From a virus (Duplodnaviria; Caudoviricetes), in IMG/VR virus record IMGVR_UViG_3300030389_001655, positions 1-54,759 of that record: a stretch of DNA of 54,759 nt, one strand, 5' to 3'. The notes under the pieces were generated by a model. It was not told the origin of the DNA and ran no database searches. It saw nothing but the letters and a program-made list of their open reading frames with translations. Shown here piece by piece: positions 19,496-28,413 of the stretch. Numbering within the stretch: the stretch's first letter is position 1; each line of letters starts with the position of its first letter. The position numbers and the translations under genes were made by a program.

Positions 19496-21178
19496 ATGAT
19501 TTTAAGACCATATCAAGAGATAGCAGTACAAGATGCTTCAGATGCTTTAGATAAGCATAAAAATACTATTGTTGTTGCACCAACTGGTGCTGGTAAAACT
19601 ATTATGTTATCTGCATTGATTGGCAAACGATATTCCAAAGGTAAAAAAGTTTTAGTATTACAACATAGAGATGAACTTGTAGGACAGAATGCAAGTAAGT
19701 TTAGTCGTGTTAATCCAAAAATATCAACAAGTGTAGTTGATGCTTCACAAAAGAACTGGAATGGTAGTGCAGTATTTAGCATGGTGCAGACCTTATCCAG
19801 ACCGAACAATTTAGATAATATGTCGAAAGTAGACATGATGGTCATAGATGAAAGTCATCATGCTATAGCTGACACATACATGAGAATTATAAAAAGAGTT
19901 AAGGAAGCTAACGAGTCTGTAGAAATTGTTGGCTTTACGGCTACACCTAATCGTGGTGACAGAAAAGGCTTGAAAGATATTTTCAACAACTGCTCACATC
20001 AGATTGAAATAGGCAACTTGATACGAGAAGGTTTTCTTGTGCCACCAAAAACATTTGTTGTAGATGTGGGTGTACAACAAGATTTACAAAATGTTCGTAA
20101 AACAGTTTCAGACTTCGACATGAGTGAGGTCGAGCAGATCATGAACAAACGTGCCATCAACGAGAAGATTGTAGAGGAATGGCAAGACAAAGCTGGAGAT
20201 AGAAAAACAGTTATATTTTGTAGCACAGTCGTTCATGCACAAGATTTATGTGATGAGTTTAGAAGATCACAAGTTAGAGCTGAGATTGTAACAGGTGAAA
20301 CTCCATCGGAAGAACGAAAACAAATACTTCATGACTTAGAACATGGAGATGTCCAGGTGGTTGTGAATGTTGCAGTTTTGACAGAGGGTTTTGATGCACC
20401 ACCTGTCAGTTGTATTGTGCTTACAAGACCATGTTCATACAAATCAACAATGGTCCAGATGATTGGTCGTGGACTACGAACAATAGATCCAGAGGAACAT
20501 CCTGGAATAATTAAAAAAGATTGTATCGTATTAGACTTTGGTACAAGTGTTTTGACACATGGATCGCTTGACGAGGGTGTCGATCTTGATGGTAAAGATA
20601 AATCACAATCAGGAGCTGGACCAGAGAAGATGTGTCCAAATTGTAAATGTCTCATACCATTAAATGTTCGTGTCTGTCCTATGTGTGGGCATGAAATCGA
20701 AATGCAGGCAAAAGAGTTGCTTGAAACATTTAACATGACAGAGATTGACCTTATCGATAGATCTCCATTTAGATGGATTGACTTATTCAATAATGGCAAA
20801 TGTATGTCAGCAAGTGGCTTTAATGGATTTGGTTTAGTTGCACATTTAGATGATGTTTCTGTAGCGTTAGTTAAGCGTACAAAGGGTAAACTTAGAATTG
20901 TAGGTGTAGGCACAAAAGAACAAGCTTTAGCTTCTGCTGACGATTTTTTAAGGCAAATAGAAGATAGTGACGGAGCTAAGAAAGGTAAAAGATGGTTGAA
21001 TCAAGCTATGACAGAAAGACAAAGAGAAGCTTTGGCTAGAGAAAACAAAATTGTCAGCCCATTAGATTTAAGTTTTAGTAAATACAAAGCAGCTTGCTGG
21101 TTAAATTATTTGTGGAATAAACAAGAAATAGATGGCAAAGTTTTAGATTATTACGAAGGAGATAACAATGCAGCGTAG
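19496..21178 (+). CDS. Superfamily 2 (DEAD/DEAH-like) helicase with C-terminal Zn finger
   Basis: APTGAGKT, IDESHH, TATP, QMIGRGLR, CPNC..CPMC. Confidence 0.92.
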   Translation: MILRPYQEIAVQDASDALDKHKNTIVVAPTGAGKTIMLSALIGKRYSKGKKVLVLQHRDELVGQNASKFSRVNPKISTSVVDASQKNWNGSAVFSMVQTLSRPNNLDNMSKVDMMVIDESHHAIADTYMRIIKRVKEANESVEIVGFTATPNRGDRKGLKDIFNNCSHQIEIGNLIREGFLVPPKTFVVDVGVQQDLQNVRKTVSDFDMSEVEQIMNKRAINEKIVEEWQDKAGDRKTVIFCSTVVHAQDLCDEFRRSQVRAEIVTGETPSEERKQILHDLEHGDVQVVVNVAVLTEGFDAPPVSCIVLTRPCSYKSTMVQMIGRGLRTIDPEEHPGIIKKDCIVLDFGTSVLTHGSLDEGVDLDGKDKSQSGAGPEKMCPNCKCLIPLNVRVCPMCGHEIEMQAKELLETFNMTEIDLIDRSPFRWIDLFNNGKCMSASGFNGFGLVAHLDDVSVALVKRTKGKLRIVGVGTKEQALASADDFLRQIEDSDGAKKGKRWLNQAMTERQREALARENKIVSPLDLSFSKYKAACWLNYLWNKQEIDGKVLDYYEGDNNAA

Positions 21179-21449
21179 TGAAGCTTTACAAAAAGCAGAA
21201 CAATTAATCAACGGAGCAAGGGCAAGGACACATGGAGATGCTAAAGATACACATGAATCAATAGCTAAGATCATGAATGTTTTGTGGAGACATAAAATTA
21301 AATCAGAACTTACTTATGATGACATATATAAACTTTGCATAGTGCAGAAACTTGTTCGAGACTCTCAAAATCCAAAGAACATGGACAATCCGATAGATGT
21401 AATAGGATACGCAGCACTATGGGCAGAGGGAAAAAGTGGCAAGAATTAA
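21168..21449 (+). CDS. DUF6378-like phage protein
   Basis: A..LING.R..THGD, K..R, DN.ID..GYAAL motifs. Confidence 0.7.
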   Translation: MQRSEALQKAEQLINGARARTHGDAKDTHESIAKIMNVLWRHKIKSELTYDDIYKLCIVQKLVRDSQNPKNMDNPIDVIGYAALWAEGKSGKN

Positions 21450-21729
21450 CGTGGATTATCAACTCAACATGAAATCTAAAAGTAATGTGCATTATATTCG
21501 TGAGGGCAAAATCGTTATACCTATATTTTTAGAAAAACATAATGACCATGTGCTGGATCACATAGACACATACATTGAAGAAGCTATTAAAGACACAGAT
21601 GATGAGTTGTTAGGTGGCATGATAGTGGCTGAATTTTTAGGAGTTTGTCACTATTTTGATTTTATAGTAATGGAAGAAGGAGACAAGAAATGGAAGAACA
21701 TGGTATCGGGGACAGACACAATACACTAA
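21436..21729 (+). CDS. Hypothetical protein
   Basis: GTG start with GAGGG RBS; fills the operon. Confidence 0.55.
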   Translation: MARINVDYQLNMKSKSNVHYIREGKIVIPIFLEKHNDHVLDHIDTYIEEAIKDTDDELLGGMIVAEFLGVCHYFDFIVMEEGDKKWKNMVSGTDTIH

Positions 21730-21905
21730 AAGCACTGTCCGAACAATTTGCTAAAATAGGTTGGGATAAACAATTACATCATTTGACACAGGACGATGCA
21801 ATTGCCATAATTGACGCTATTCAATCAGTCAATGAAAGTAAAAGCAATGGCATTCTCGACCTTAATCCAAACACAGACATCCCAGATGATGAGATCCCGT
21901 TCTAG
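21690..21905 (+). CDS. Hypothetical protein with acidic DDEIPF tail
   Basis: AAGGAG RBS; SSB-like C-terminal DDEIPF peptide. Confidence 0.6.
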   Translation: MEEHGIGDRHNTLKALSEQFAKIGWDKQLHHLTQDDAIAIIDAIQSVNESKSNGILDLNPNTDIPDDEIPF

Positions 21906-21906
21906 T

Positions 21907-22614
21907 ATGTTAGACCAGGAGATATCAAATATTATTGACGAAGCTATTGTCAAAAAAAACAAAGAAGTTAAGCAAAGAACTTATCTTGGTGCTTCTAGCT
22001 TGGGCGATTCCTGTTCCAGGAAGATACAATATCGGTATATGGGCAAGCCCATTGATGATCAGCGGGACTTTGATGCAAAGACACTGCGAATATTTCAGTT
22101 TGGTCATGAGATAGAACTAAGTGTAGCTGGTTGGCTTAGACAAGCTGGATTTGATTTACGAGTTCAGGATAAGAATGGCGAACAATTTGGATTTAGTATA
22201 GCTGAAGGTGAGGTCAAAGGTCATATTGATGGTGTTATCTGTGGAGGACCTTTGAATGCTAAGTATCCTATGTTGTGGGAATGTAAGTCAGCCAATGATA
22301 AAAAGTTTAAAGAGTTTCAAATCAAAGGTGTAACTTTAGCTAATCCTGTATATGCAGCACAAGTCGCATTGTATCAGGCTTACATGGAGCTAACAGACAA
22401 TCCTTGTTTGTTTACTGTATTAAATAAGAATACAAGTGAAATTTATTATGAGTTTATACCTTTTAACAAAGCTTTAGCACAGGACATTAGTGACAAAGCA
22501 GTAACAATACTTGAAGCAACAAAAGCAAATGAAGTATTACCACGAGTCGCACAGTCTCGTGATTACTTTGCTTGCAAATATTGTGAGTTTCAAGATACTT
22601 GTTGGAGTAATTAA
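21907..22614 (+). CDS. Cas4-like / PD-(D/E)XK exonuclease
   Basis: YLGASSLG..C.R, GHIDG, ECKS, Q...Y, C-terminal CKYC.....C (1+3 Cys); start taken at MLDQ. Confidence 0.85.
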   Translation: MLDQEISNIIDEAIVKKNKEVKQRTYLGASSLGDSCSRKIQYRYMGKPIDDQRDFDAKTLRIFQFGHEIELSVAGWLRQAGFDLRVQDKNGEQFGFSIAEGEVKGHIDGVICGGPLNAKYPMLWECKSANDKKFKEFQIKGVTLANPVYAAQVALYQAYMELTDNPCLFTVLNKNTSEIYYEFIPFNKALAQDISDKAVTILEATKANEVLPRVAQSRDYFACKYCEFQDTCWSN

Positions 22615-22646
22615 ATATGAGGACGAAGGTAGTTTCGCCCTCATAT
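22615..22646 (+). promoter_or_regulatory. Leader hairpin upstream of primase-helicase, loop GGTAGT
   Basis: ATATGAGG-a-CGAA / TTCG-c-CCTCATAT inverted repeat; no U-tract after it. Confidence 0.5.
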
Positions 22647-22675
22647 ACTTCAGCCAATGAAGTGAGGTCAGTATA

Positions 22676-24844
22676 ATGAACATTATAAAATTTGGCAATA
22701 AGAATAGGGATATGTCAGCCAATGAATTAGTCGATATGATTAGTCAGAAAGTCCCAGCCAGTGTACAAATTAACGCTCTTCGGGATACTTATCCACAAGG
22801 AGAAATTAGAGGAGATGTGTTTACCATCGGGTCATTACATGGTGAACCTGGCAAATCTTTAAAAATAGATATTAATCCAAGATCACCATACTTTATGAAG
22901 GGATCGGATTTTAATGGAGCCGAGGGTGTTGGTGGTATTGTAAAGATTTTAATGGAAGGCAGAAACATGAGACTGCCTGAAATCAGAGAATTGTTCGGAA
23001 ACTATTTGGACGAATCGTCACCTTCGCAGCCAGATATACCACAAGAACTTAGCGTAACATTTAAAAAGACATATGACATAAACACGCCATTTGATCACGA
23101 GCACTTATATCTGTCAGTTGATGGCGAACTCTTATGTCGTGTTCGTAGGTATAATATAAAAGATGAGAATGGCAATCCAGTTATGGATAGTCATGGCAAG
23201 CCCAAAAAAGAGTTCAGGCAGTTTACAGATGCGTCTTATCCAAAGATACCTGATGTAAGACCTTTGTATAATCTGCCCAATGTGGTTGCTTCAGAAAAAG
23301 TCATATGGGTTGAGGGCGAGAAATGTGCTGATGCACTGAATGAGATCGGATATACTGCAACGTGCACAATGGGAGGAGCGGGTATGCTTTCTCGTAAGTC
23401 AGCTAGTCGGTTTGATTTCTCACCATTACAGGACAAAGAACTTATTATATGGGGTGATAATGACAATGCTGGGCGTAAGGTAGCTGAACTGGTACAAGAA
23501 CTGGCATTGAATGCTGGTGCAAGATCGGTAACCACATTAACGCCACCAAGAGGTAAGCCAGAGGGTTGGGATGCCGTTGATGCTATATCGGAAAGCTTTG
23601 ATGTCCAACATTTTTTAAATACGACAGTTAAACATACCAGACGTAATATAAATTTACTGGACGATAGTTTACTGGTCAGCAGATTTGAAGGTAATGCACC
23701 CGAACAAAAGTTCCTGGTCGATGGTACATTCCCTCTGGGTGTACCAATAATATTTTCTGCAGCAGGTGATGCTGGTAAAGGAATGATGACACTTGACTTA
23801 GCTATGAAAGTAGCATCGGGTCAGCCGTTAGCTCAGAGTTTTGGTAGCTCCATCGGGGAGTTTGGCAACGTGGTAATCTTCACGGCAGAGGACGATGAGG
23901 CAGAAATGCACAGAAGAATTGAGCGTTTGGATCCGAACAATTTAAGATTTTCTTACAGGCATGAGCTACGAGTCGTGTCACTTCCTAATGTAGGTGGTGT
24001 GTTCCCAATACTTCAAGATACCAGAGATGGCTACAGCACCAGCGAAGAATTTGAAAAACTTTACGAACAATTATTGCAAATGAATAACCTGAAGTTGATT
24101 ATCTTTGATCCTCTGGCTTCTTTTGTTCATGCTGATGTCAATGCTGATCCAGCGGCAGGAGCTGCTTTGACTGGTTTACTGGCACAAATTGGTACAGAAA
24201 CTGGTGCGTCAGTCGTGATGTGTCACCATATGACAAAGATTAAAGACGATACAGTGGTCAATACTCCAGAGCAAGCAAGGTTGCTTATAAGAGGGACAAG
24301 TGCACTGGTTGATGGTGTTCGTTGTGCGTTTGCGTTGTGGCAAGTTGATGAAGCTACTGGGCGTAGACGTTGCATGGATATTGGGACTGAATACGAGAGA
24401 AACAGGTGTTTTGATGGTGCAGTTGTAAAATCTAATGGACCAGCTAACAGAAATATTAGACATTTCGTCAGAAATAGTTACTCTGGATTATTAGAGGACA
24501 AGACTGAAGAGATTAAAAGACTGCACTCTGGTACAAACAGAGAGATTAAAAAAGATGCCTTGTTCGCTTGGATAGCAACCTGTGAGAGGGAGGGCAGAGC
24601 CTTGACACAACAATCGGGAGCAGATGCAATACAACAACGTATGGTTTCAGATGCTGATGCACCAAGGGTGTTGCAGAACTTGACGCAGCGAAGCATTGAT
24701 GGAATTGTTCGTGAACTTATCCAGGAATCACGAATCGGGAAATACTCATTTTCAGCATCGGGTGGTCGTAAATGGCTTGGCACAATAGATGGCGTTATGT
24801 CCAGTGGTGAGTATGAAGCAACCACAGCAACGGATAATGTCTAA
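22676..24844 (+). CDS. Primase-helicase (TOPRIM + AAA_25/RepA-type helicase)
   Basis: WVEGEKCADAL, GDNDNAG, WDAVD (TOPRIM); GDAGKG, FTAEDD, IIFDPL, HHMTK, RGTSAL. Confidence 0.88.
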   Translation: MNIIKFGNKNRDMSANELVDMISQKVPASVQINALRDTYPQGEIRGDVFTIGSLHGEPGKSLKIDINPRSPYFMKGSDFNGAEGVGGIVKILMEGRNMRLPEIRELFGNYLDESSPSQPDIPQELSVTFKKTYDINTPFDHEHLYLSVDGELLCRVRRYNIKDENGNPVMDSHGKPKKEFRQFTDASYPKIPDVRPLYNLPNVVASEKVIWVEGEKCADALNEIGYTATCTMGGAGMLSRKSASRFDFSPLQDKELIIWGDNDNAGRKVAELVQELALNAGARSVTTLTPPRGKPEGWDAVDAISESFDVQHFLNTTVKHTRRNINLLDDSLLVSRFEGNAPEQKFLVDGTFPLGVPIIFSAAGDAGKGMMTLDLAMKVASGQPLAQSFGSSIGEFGNVVIFTAEDDEAEMHRRIERLDPNNLRFSYRHELRVVSLPNVGGVFPILQDTRDGYSTSEEFEKLYEQLLQMNNLKLIIFDPLASFVHADVNADPAAGAALTGLLAQIGTETGASVVMCHHMTKIKDDTVVNTPEQARLLIRGTSALVDGVRCAFALWQVDEATGRRRCMDIGTEYERNRCFDGAVVKSNGPANRNIRHFVRNSYSGLLEDKTEEIKRLHSGTNREIKKDALFAWIATCEREGRALTQQSGADAIQQRMVSDADAPRVLQNLTQRSIDGIVRELIQESRIGKYSFSASGGRKWLGTIDGVMSSGEYEATTATDNV

Positions 24845-25049
24845 GAAGGGCAGATACAGTAAGACCAGCAAAAAATACAACGAACTGATTGCGTTTACCA
24901 AAAAATTAATTCACGAAAAATCAAACCAGCTCGATGAGTCCGAACAATTATTCGAGGACGATCCCAGGGCAGCGAAGGAAAAAGATTATGGTCGAGTCAG
25001 AAGAAAGCCGACTCATGTTTTTTCTAAAAGTACATTAAGTGATATTTAA
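24837..25049 (+). CDS. Hypothetical protein
   Basis: ATG overlapping the primase end; FEDDP.A motif. Confidence 0.55.
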   Translation: MSKKGRYSKTSKKYNELIAFTKKLIHEKSNQLDESEQLFEDDPRAAKEKDYGRVRRKPTHVFSKSTLSDI

Positions 25050-25072
25050 AAAAGGGTGGAAAAATCCACCCT
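25048..25072 (-). terminator. Intrinsic terminator (U-tract on minus strand; possibly bidirectional)
   Basis: AGGGTGGA/TCCACCCT stem with an A6 run on its left. Confidence 0.65.
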
Positions 25073-25141
25073 CATTTCATCTTTACAAGAATAGTTATCA
25101 ACAAATCTTACATAGGTAGTGTTCTGTTAATTTTCTATTCT
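25048..25141 (-). ncRNA. Candidate sRNA-2 (~90 nt)
   Basis: Possible minus promoter TTGTAA(25174-69)-N16-TATATT(25152-47); long hairpin with two G-U pairs valid only on the minus strand; ends in a terminator; no ORF. Confidence 0.4.
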
Positions 25142-25180
25142 CCTCTAATATAATTAATTAAAAAAAAATTACAATAGTTG

Positions 25181-25208
25181 TTGACATATATGTAATCAAT
25201 ACTATATT
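25181..25208 (+). promoter_or_regulatory. Sigma70-type promoter with operator
   Basis: TTGACA-N16-TATATT; spacer contains GTAATCAATAC. Confidence 0.7.
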
Positions 25209-25241
25209 GAACTATTATTAACTATCTTTTAGGAGGTCAGA

Positions 25242-25418
25242 ATGGGTAGAAAAACAACATTAGAAATAAAAAAGCAGTTTGACGATATGCTTTTTGAAAT
25301 CATAAAGACCAGGACTTTAAATTATTCAGACGAAGTCAATAGTTTGGTGAAAATAATTTCACCACAAATCGAGAAAATTAACCAATTATTGGAGGAGAAG
25401 TTACATGGTAAAAGCTAA
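25242..25418 (+). CDS. Hypothetical protein (58 aa, not in ORF track)
   Basis: AGGAGG RBS; MGRKTTLEIKKQF...HGKS. Confidence 0.65.
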   Translation: MGRKTTLEIKKQFDDMLFEIIKTRTLNYSDEVNSLVKIISPQIEKINQLLEEKLHGKS

Positions 25419-25656
25419 TGAAATGTCAATACAAGATTGGGAGGATTTAAATCGTTTCTTGGATCACGAGAACGAGATCTTAGATCGCCCATCAAGTTCT
25501 TTAACATCAGATGCTATTTTAGCTATTGATCACATTTTAAAAGTGATTGAGAAGAGAGATGTTAAGAAGTGTACTCAAGATACTCAAGAGTCTTACGTTG
25601 TGTTAAAAGATTTAAAGCACAAGTTAGAAAATGAGTATGTTATTTATAGACCATAG
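25405..25656 (+). CDS. Hypothetical protein
   Basis: GGAGGAG RBS. Confidence 0.6.
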   Translation: MVKANEMSIQDWEDLNRFLDHENEILDRPSSSLTSDAILAIDHILKVIEKRDVKKCTQDTQESYVVLKDLKHKLENEYVIYRP

Positions 25657-25696
25657 TCAAATTTATTTGACTATGCAATCAATGCAATGTAATAAT
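25652..25696 (+). promoter_or_regulatory. Inverted repeat plus probable promoter/operator
   Basis: CATAGTCAAA/TTTGACTATG inverted repeat; TTGACT followed by GCAATCAATGC. Confidence 0.45.
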
Positions 25697-25723
25697 ATCT
25701 TTAACTATCAAAGGAGCAAGTAG

Positions 25724-25906
25724 ATGAGTAGATACAAAGATAAAATGATGGGAGTAATGCAAGAGTTTTATTCCTATTTAACTGATGATAGCATGACAAA
25801 TGATCAAGCTATCGCTAGAATTAAAGAAGATCATGGCGAGCATTGGGCAGAATATGTTCGTGACGAGATTGAAACTGAGGAGGCACAATATGAGACCATT
25901 GGTTAA
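25724..25906 (+). CDS. Hypothetical acidic protein
   Basis: AAAGGAG RBS. Confidence 0.6.
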   Translation: MSRYKDKMMGVMQEFYSYLTDDSMTNDQAIARIKEDHGEHWAEYVRDEIETEEAQYETIG

Positions 25907-26306
25907 ACGTATCGATATGGCTTTACATATCCAGCAGTTGTGTGCAGATCATGGCATTACTGTTACCTATCAATCGTTAGATGATGCCGTTCCTCATTAC
26001 TATGCCAGCCCTAGTCAAAGGCACATACATATTAGACCGACTAAGAATACGGGTTATTATGTATCGGCTTTGCATGAGATCGGGCATATTATGGGTGATA
26101 ATCAATCTTATAACAACACAGTAAAGGAGAGAGAAATTGGTGCATGGATTTGGGCAATGCTTAATGCAAAAGTTTGGACAGATACGGCGGATCGTGTCAT
26201 GTCGAGGGCTTTATCGTCTTATGGTGTTAATGAAGAGGAAAGTAGGGAAATCCAACAAAGGTGGAATCCCTGTCACAGGGACGATGAAGAACAAATCGCA
26301 GTTTAA
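25890..26306 (+). CDS. HExxH metallopeptidase-like protein (ImmA/IrrE-like)
   Basis: ALHEIGH plus downstream E..AW..A; start moved to MRPL using the GGAGG RBS. Confidence 0.65.
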   Translation: MRPLVKRIDMALHIQQLCADHGITVTYQSLDDAVPHYYASPSQRHIHIRPTKNTGYYVSALHEIGHIMGDNQSYNNTVKEREIGAWIWAMLNAKVWTDTADRVMSRALSSYGVNEEESREIQQRWNPCHRDDEEQIAV

Positions 26307-26405
26307 TAAGATTTTTATGAAAAATCTTATTAGTCATATTAACAATGCAACTCCCACAAGGGAGTTGTCTTTGTTTGAAAAAATTTATGTAAAGGTAGTA
26401 AAATT

Positions 26406-26636
26406 ATGTCGAAGATGATTGTTTATATATGTGTGGTATGGATCGCAGGAAGTCGTCACGATGGTGGTATAACCAAGTGTATGTGGCATGAAAGCCAGGT
26501 GAAGTATCAGACAGTAGCTGAATGTGAAGATGATATCAAGCACTCAAAAAAGTTGCTTAGACTTAGAATTAGACAAGAGTTTGGAGATCGACCAGAGTCT
26601 ATATCAATTCAGCCTAGTTGTGTCATGGAGTCGTAA
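26406..26636 (+). CDS. Hypothetical Cys-containing, possibly exported protein
   Basis: Hydrophobic N-terminus, Y.T..EC motif, terminal Cys. Confidence 0.5.
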   Translation: MSKMIVYICVVWIAGSRHDGGITKCMWHESQVKYQTVAECEDDIKHSKKLLRLRIRQEFGDRPESISIQPSCVMES

Positions 26637-26637
26637 A

Positions 26638-26766
26638 ATGAAGCACAAGGATATGTTATCAAAAACGCACTCCACATCCCGTAAATGGGAGAAGAGCATG
26701 AAGAAGCGGGCTAAAAAATCGCAACGTCAATTGGATCGGAGGGTAGCTAATGAAAGCCAAAAGTAA
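26638..26766 (+). CDS. Small basic protein
   Basis: GGAG RBS; MKHKDML... Confidence 0.45.
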   Translation: MKHKDMLSKTHSTSRKWEKSMKKRAKKSQRQLDRRVANESQK

Positions 26767-27112
26767 AAGATGCTGCAACTGTAACCAGAAAATTGTTCGG
26801 GGTATGGCGTTCCCGCTTATGAAAAAAAGCCTGTGCATGGGATGTTTTGTTGAGTTTGGATTAGCCCAGAAGCTGGATATTGATGTGCATCATTACATGA
26901 ATTGTTCGCATGAACATTGTTTTGATTGTGAATATGCGTTTATGAAAGCACTCTGGGCACTGGACTATAAACAGACCGAAATGGGCAACTGGTACAGGTG
27001 CACGCCAGACCCGAAAATTGTTCGTATTTATGACGATTTACTTACCAACTTACCAACTTCCACGGGAAGTAAAAACTTCGGTAAGTTGCAAGGTGTTGAT
27101 TTTGTTGAATAA
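26750..27112 (+). CDS. Cys-rich putative Zn-binding protein
   Basis: CCNC, CMGC, C..EHCFDC; GGAGGG RBS; 3' end runs into the repeat region. Confidence 0.55.
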   Translation: MKAKSKRCCNCNQKIVRGMAFPLMKKSLCMGCFVEFGLAQKLDIDVHHYMNCSHEHCFDCEYAFMKALWALDYKQTEMGNWYRCTPDPKIVRIYDDLLTNLPTSTGSKNFGKLQGVDFVE

Positions 27113-27256
27113 ATTTAATTTACTTACGAAACTTACCATTTACCTTGGTAAGTTAATTGTGGCTTGTAAGTCATTGATTTTATTGCTACTTACCAACTTA
27201 CCGAACTTCCCCCCCTATAGGGGGTATAGGGGGGTGGTAAGTAACCCACCTCCCCC
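27040..27256. repeat. Iteron-like ACTTACC repeats with IHF-consensus sites (putative ori or packaging element)
   Basis: Three blocks of tandem ACTTACC-like units with inverted GGTAAGT; CAAGGTGTTGATT 27089 and TAAGTCATTGATT 27167; CCCCCTATAGGGGG palindrome. Confidence 0.6.
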
Positions 27257-27292
27257 AACCCTATTTAACGTAACAACAAGGAGTGAAAACGT

Positions 27293-27805
27293 ATGCCAAA
27301 AGTAGGCGAAAATTTACCAAAGGAACAAAGAGACAAAGGTCTTAAAAGATTAACGCAACGCCAACAGGATTTTCTCGATAATTTTATACACAAGGATATG
27401 ACGCAGACAAATGCAGCCAGACAAGCTGGATATAGCAATCCTAGCGTAGATGCAGTGAGGTTGCTAAGAAATCCTGTGGTGCAGGAGCGTTGGCAAGAAA
27501 TGCAGGAAGAGAACAGGTCAAGATTTGGTGTAACGCTTGATAAATCTCTTCGGGATCTTTTAAAGATCCGTAATGAGGCTCTGGAGCGGGAAAGGTATAG
27601 CGAAGCTATTCGGGCTGAAGAACTACGCTTAAAGGCTTCTGGACTGCTTGTTAACAAGGCTCATGTGCTACATGAGAAAGTAGATAGCATGACGAAGGAG
27701 GATATTCTGGCTGAACTGGAGAATTTGCAACGAAAAGCACAGGATCGGATGAAAAAAGCTAACGTCACCCATATACGCCCAAAAAAGATAGAGAAAAATA
27801 GCTAA
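27293..27805 (+). CDS. terS: Terminase small subunit
   Basis: LT.RQQ.F......T.AARQAGYS......RLLRNP.V HTH typical of TerS. Confidence 0.8.
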   Translation: MPKVGENLPKEQRDKGLKRLTQRQQDFLDNFIHKDMTQTNAARQAGYSNPSVDAVRLLRNPVVQERWQEMQEENRSRFGVTLDKSLRDLLKIRNEALERERYSEAIRAEELRLKASGLLVNKAHVLHEKVDSMTKEDILAELENLQRKAQDRMKKANVTHIRPKKIEKNS

Positions 27806-27809
27806 GAGT

Positions 27810-28320
27810 GGGTTGATCGGGCTCTGCACATGGCGTGTCGCCTGACGGAGTTGCCGAACAATTTCCAGTAGCATCGGGATCGGGAGTCTGGATCGGGCTG
27901 TTTTACGCTGCCAATGCGTAGAATTGTTCGCTTTCAGGTGCAGGTAAGCTCCTGGTATCGGGATCGGATCGGACTCCAGCCTCCTGCTGCAGGCTGTATA
28001 CTCACAATTGTTCGTCTTCAGGGTCCTGCCCTGGTCAGGCAGCAGGGGAGGCATCGGAGTCGGGAGGCTGTCCAGGCGTAACCTGCTGCCGAACACGCAC
28101 AATTGTTCGGAGTCAGGTCCAGCAGGGTGTGCTGCCCAGGCGAGATCGGGGTGAATCGAAGCGGGACTCGCTGCGTCCTGCCCTGAACGCTCACAATTGT
28201 TCGGACTGGTAGGTCCAGCAGGTGCTGCACAGCCTCCTTCACCAGGCTACACCTGCTGCTGTCCTGGTGAATACTCACAATTGTTCGCAGTCGTTACGCT
28301 GCAGGTGCTGCCTCCAGGCT
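27810..28320. repeat. GC-rich non-coding array with phased (CAC)AATTGTTCG units and GATCGGG / CCTGCTG motifs
   Basis: AATTGTTCG at 27922, 28006, 28101, 28195, 28279; 42/60 G+C in 28021-28080; internal inverted repeats. Confidence 0.85.
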
Positions 28321-28353
28321 GTAAAAAAAAATAAAAAAAAATGTTTTTATGTG

Positions 28354-28407
28354 TTGACACTATGTAATCATTACTATATATTATATATATAATTCAGCCA
28401 AAGGAGA
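28354..28407 (+). promoter_or_regulatory. Cassette promoter, operator and shared leader
   Basis: TTGACA-N17-TATATT, GTAATCATTAC palindrome, CAGCCAAAGGAGA at 28395. Confidence 0.75.
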
Positions 28408-28413
28408 TTTAAA

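Noticed and set aside
26137-26418. ORF 26137-26418 as annotated
   Set aside because: Mostly overlaps the peptidase gene; only a short 3' part (from 26284 or 26317) might be real and support is weak
28189-28198. GCTCACAATT equals a lac operator half-site (vector contamination?)
   Set aside because: Single half-site that is part of the native repeat unit; no other vector sequence seen
27900-28300. CRISPR array interpretation of the repeat array (with the Cas4-like gene at 21907)
   Set aside because: Repeats are short and degenerate, spacers are ~65-75 bp and share words with each other, and there is no cas operon; Cas4-like nucleases are normal in phage replication modules
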